Shown here: positions 61,434 to 64,000 of the stretch, piece after piece
Layout: each line of letters starts with the position of its first letter
Numbering within the stretch: position 1 is the stretch's first letter
Assembly: GCA_965279375.1 (NCBI GenBank)
Contig: OZ257156.1
Location: 4,992,001 to 5,056,000 of the forward strand
Source of the DNA: Gemmatimonas sp.
Lineage (GTDB): Bacteria; Gemmatimonadota; Gemmatimonadetes; Gemmatimonadales; Gemmatimonadaceae
Reading direction: 5' to 3'
Length of the DNA stretch: 64,000 nucleotides
Position numbers and translations under genes: made by a program
The notes under the pieces: model-generated
Seen by the model: only the letters and a program-made list of their open reading frames with translations
The model's database searches: none
What the model was told of the DNA's origin: nothing

Positions 61434-62720
61434 TCAGCGGCCGGCTCCGCGCAGGGCGCGTACGCCGTCGATGAGCCGCGCAATTTCGTCGGCGGTGGTA
61501 TAGCACGCACACCCTGCGCGCACAAAACCTTCCTCGGCGAAACCCAGCTTGCGGGCGACCGTGCTGGCGTAGAAATCGCCATGCGATACGTACACGCCGA
61601 GCGGCGCGAGTGCGCGCGAGACGGACTCGGAGGGATGTCCCTCCACGCGGAACGACAGCGTGGGCGTGCGCAGCGTGCCCGGTGGCGGTCCGTAGAGCGT
61701 GACGCCGTCGATGGCGGACAGACCGTCCCACAGCTGCGCGAACAACACGTCGCCGCGGGCGTGCAGCGCATCGAACGCCGTGGCGAGCTTGCTGCGGCGC
61801 GACGCCGAGCTGTCTTCGGTGAGCGACGCGAGGAAGTTCACCGCGGCGGCTGCGCCAACGATGCCTTCATGATTCTGCGTGCCCGTCTCGAGGCATTCGG
61901 GGACGTAGTCCGGCGCCGGTTCGAGGCGCGGCAGGTCGAGCGCGGCCGTGGCATCGTGGCGACCGTAGCACACCCCGATATGCGGCCCGTAGAACTTGTA
62001 GGCGCTGCAGAGAATGAAGTCGGCACCGATGGCGCGCGCGTCGACCAGCGAGTGCGGCGCATAGTGCACCGCGTCCACCACGGTGATTGCACCCGCGGCT
62101 CTGGCCATCGCGACCATCAGTGCGACGTCGGTCACGGTGCCCAGGATGTTGGAGCCCGCGCCGATGGCGACGACCTTCGTGCGCGGCGACAACAGTTTGG
62201 CGAACGCGCCTTCTTCGTGGCGATACGTCTTGAGATCGAGCGGCAACCAGCGCAGCACCGCACCACGCTCCTTCGCGAGCGCCTGCCACGGCGCGACGTT
62301 GGCGTGATGATCGAGCTCCGTCACGATGATCTCGTCACCCGGCTGCAACGTGCGACCGATCGCGCGCGAGATGTGAAAGAGAATCGTGGTCATGTTGGCG
62401 CCGAACGAAATCTCTCCAGCGCTCGCGCCGAGGAAATCCGCCAGTGCCTCGCGCGACGACGCGAGCAACGCATCCGTCTCGGCGCTGGTGGGATAGGCCC
62501 AGTGCGTATTGGCGTTGTGGTGCAGCAGATAGTTCGACATCGCGTCGGCGACAGCGCGCGGCACCTGCGTGCCTCCTGGGCCGTCGAAGAACGCCACGGA
62601 ATGCGCGCCTTCCTGCCGGGAGAGCGCCGGGAAGTGCGCCCGAATGCCGTCGGTGTACGCCACGCTCTCGTGCGCGCGCGTGGGCGAGGTGAACGTCGTC
62701 GCATCGTGCGTGATGGTCAC
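61434..62720 (-). CDS. cysteine desulfurase-like class V aminotransferase (VC1184-like)
   Basis: FFDGPGGTQVP, LDHHANV.PW, VDAVHYAPH, SAYKFYGPH, ETGT; HGDFYA in place of the SufS catalytic Cys loop. Confidence 0.9.
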   Translation of the reverse strand: MTITHDATTFTSPTRAHESVAYTDGIRAHFPALSRQEGAHSVAFFDGPGGTQVPRAVADAMSNYLLHHNANTHWAYPTSAETDALLASSREALADFLGASAGEISFGANMTTILFHISRAIGRTLQPGDEIIVTELDHHANVAPWQALAKERGAVLRWLPLDLKTYRHEEGAFAKLLSPRTKVVAIGAGSNILGTVTDVALMVAMARAAGAITVVDAVHYAPHSLVDARAIGADFILCSAYKFYGPHIGVCYGRHDATAALDLPRLEPAPDYVPECLETGTQNHEGIVGAAAAVNFLASLTEDSSASRRSKLATAFDALHARGDVLFAQLWDGLSAIDGVTLYGPPPGTLRTPTLSFRVEGHPSESVSRALAPLGVYVSHGDFYASTVARKLGFAEEGFVRAGCACYTTADEIARLIDGVRALRGAGR

Positions 62721-63637
62721 TGGCTGCCTCCGGCGGGGTTGACTGTCGGGCGAATCTCTGCGCCGCCCAGGCGTTCGACGACGCGTGCGGCCTCCACATG
62801 ATCGGCCTCTTCGCCCAGTTCGATGTGTGCCATGCGGAAGAGCTCCGACGTGATCTGCAACAGCGGCGACGGGACCTTTTGCTCACGCGCGAGATCGGCG
62901 GCGATGGCGACGTCCTTGTCGAGCAGCGCCAGACGGAACGTGCGCGGGAACGCGCGCGTCAGCACGCGCTCGGGAAACAGGTTCATGCTCGCATTCGATC
63001 GACCACTGGACGCGTTGATGACGTCGAGCGCGACATCAGACTTCACGCCGGCCTTCTCCAGTGCGACGAGTCCTTCCGCCGTGCCCCAGATGTGCATCGC
63101 CAGCAGTGCGTTGTTGACTGCCTTGAGCGCATCGCCGGTGCCTACCACACCGCAGTGCACGATGCGCTTGCCGAAGCACTCGAGCACCGGTTGCACGCGC
63201 GCGAGCAACACCGCGTCACCGCCCACCATCACCGTCAGCGCCCCCTGCACCGCGCCCACTACGCCACCGGACACGGGCGCGTCGAGAAATCCAATGCCGC
63301 GCTCGGCGAGCGTGGCCGCCATGCGTCGCGAAGTCGCAGGGTCACCCGAGGTGCAATCGACCAGCACGGATCCCGCAGCCATCGTGGCCAGAAGTCCGTC
63401 GGGGCCATCCAGCAGCGACTCGACGTCGCGCGATACCGGCAAGCAGGTGATGACGATATCGCGATCGCGTGCCGCGTCCGCCGGCGTCGCGGCCACACGA
63501 GACGACGTCTCGGTCCCGAAGGCTTCCGCGCGTGATGCCGTACGGTTCCAGACGACGAGGTCGAACTCGGGACGGGCGAGATGGCGAGCCATCGGCGTTC
63601 CGATGGCGCCCAGTCCGATGAACGCAACACGTGGCAT
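62717..63637 (-). CDS. NAD(P)-dependent beta-hydroxyacid dehydrogenase (3-hydroxyisobutyrate dehydrogenase family)
   Basis: FIGLGAIG, WNRT, FLDAPVSGG, LTVMVGG, LKAVNN, KDV. Confidence 0.92.
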   Translation of the reverse strand: MPRVAFIGLGAIGTPMARHLARPEFDLVVWNRTASRAEAFGTETSSRVAATPADAARDRDIVITCLPVSRDVESLLDGPDGLLATMAAGSVLVDCTSGDPATSRRMAATLAERGIGFLDAPVSGGVVGAVQGALTVMVGGDAVLLARVQPVLECFGKRIVHCGVVGTGDALKAVNNALLAMHIWGTAEGLVALEKAGVKSDVALDVINASSGRSNASMNLFPERVLTRAFPRTFRLALLDKDVAIAADLAREQKVPSPLLQITSELFRMAHIELGEEADHVEAARVVERLGGAEIRPTVNPAGGSQ

Positions 63638-63755
63638 GCGAGGGATGGTCGGGAAGACTGTGGATCGGTCAGGCAGACCGGGTGAGCGCGGAGGCTCCTG
63701 CCAAAGATGGCGAGTGAGTCAGGCGCGGACGAGGTGAGCAGGTGAGATTTCGCGC

Positions 63756-64000
63756 ATGACTCAACGGGCGCGCACACGAGTAGCGGTAGAGATCGATGGG
63801 CTGACGGGCATTCATGCGATCCGGGCGGTTTGGACTGCGCTCGGTGCGGTGCCGGGCGTGGTCACCGCCGAGGTGGCGATGACAGGCGTTCGTCTGGAGC
63901 TGGAAGGGCCACTCGACCGCGACGCGCTCGCCGCCGCACTCGAGGCTGCGGGGGTGCGACTGGTGTCGGTGACGGTGGAAGAAGCGCGGGTGTTGCCAAT
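63756..64000 (+). CDS. HMA-fold-like small protein without Cys (partial)
   Basis: Manual translation MTQRARTRVAVEIDGLTGIHAIRAVWTALGAVPGVVTAEVAM...LAAALEAAG; runs off the window. Confidence 0.65.
   Translation, partial: MTQRARTRVAVEIDGLTGIHAIRAVWTALGAVPGVVTAEVAMTGVRLELEGPLDRDALAAALEAAGVRLVSVTVEEARVLP

Noticed and set aside
61434..62720. Calling this gene sufS/iscS
   Set aside because: Lacks the catalytic Cys loop; fits the VC1184-like subfamily.

Overview
GC-rich bacterial chromosomal segment; the gene repertoire suggests Gemmatimonadota (Gemmatimonas-like), but this is an inference. About 50 CDS and 2 tRNA genes; no integrase, transposase, CRISPR array or rRNA seen. In order: kdp K+ uptake locus (partial kdpA, kdpF, an extra upstream membrane peptide, truncated kdpD, kdpE) with phased direct-repeat operators; DUF1028 Ntn-hydrolase; a minus-strand signalling block (KAI2/D14/RsbQ-like hydrolase, hybrid kinase with degenerate ATPase domain, His/Met-rich secreted protein, PAS-GGDEF-EAL); amidohydrolase + Tat subunit + GMC oxidoreductase; a thiol/sulfur-redox-like cluster (DUF2892, ECF sigma, anti-sigma and ArsR converging on TolC, MFP, RND, DUF2892, TrxC); peptidases, outer-membrane barrels, two PEP-CTERM proteins, GH29 fucosidase, BNR protein + TlpA; tRNA-Gln(CTG) behind glnS; tRNA-Ala(CGC); class II photolyase, Thr/Ser dehydratase, AAC(3)-I-like GNAT; a 4x lamin-tail-domain lipoprotein; rlmN + GWxTD-like gene; an Ig-repeat lipoprotein; a TonB-dependent-receptor-like protein with a C-terminal LTxxQ helical extension; KGG stress protein; RNase Z; and a five-gene operon ending in a family B DNA polymerase. 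Best novelty candidates: the KAI2-like hydrolase/pseudokinase module, the ArsR-operator-linked RND/redox cluster, and the TBDR with a Spy/CpxP-like tail. All calls come from motif recognition by eye; no searches were run, and many start codons are my best choice rather than proven.
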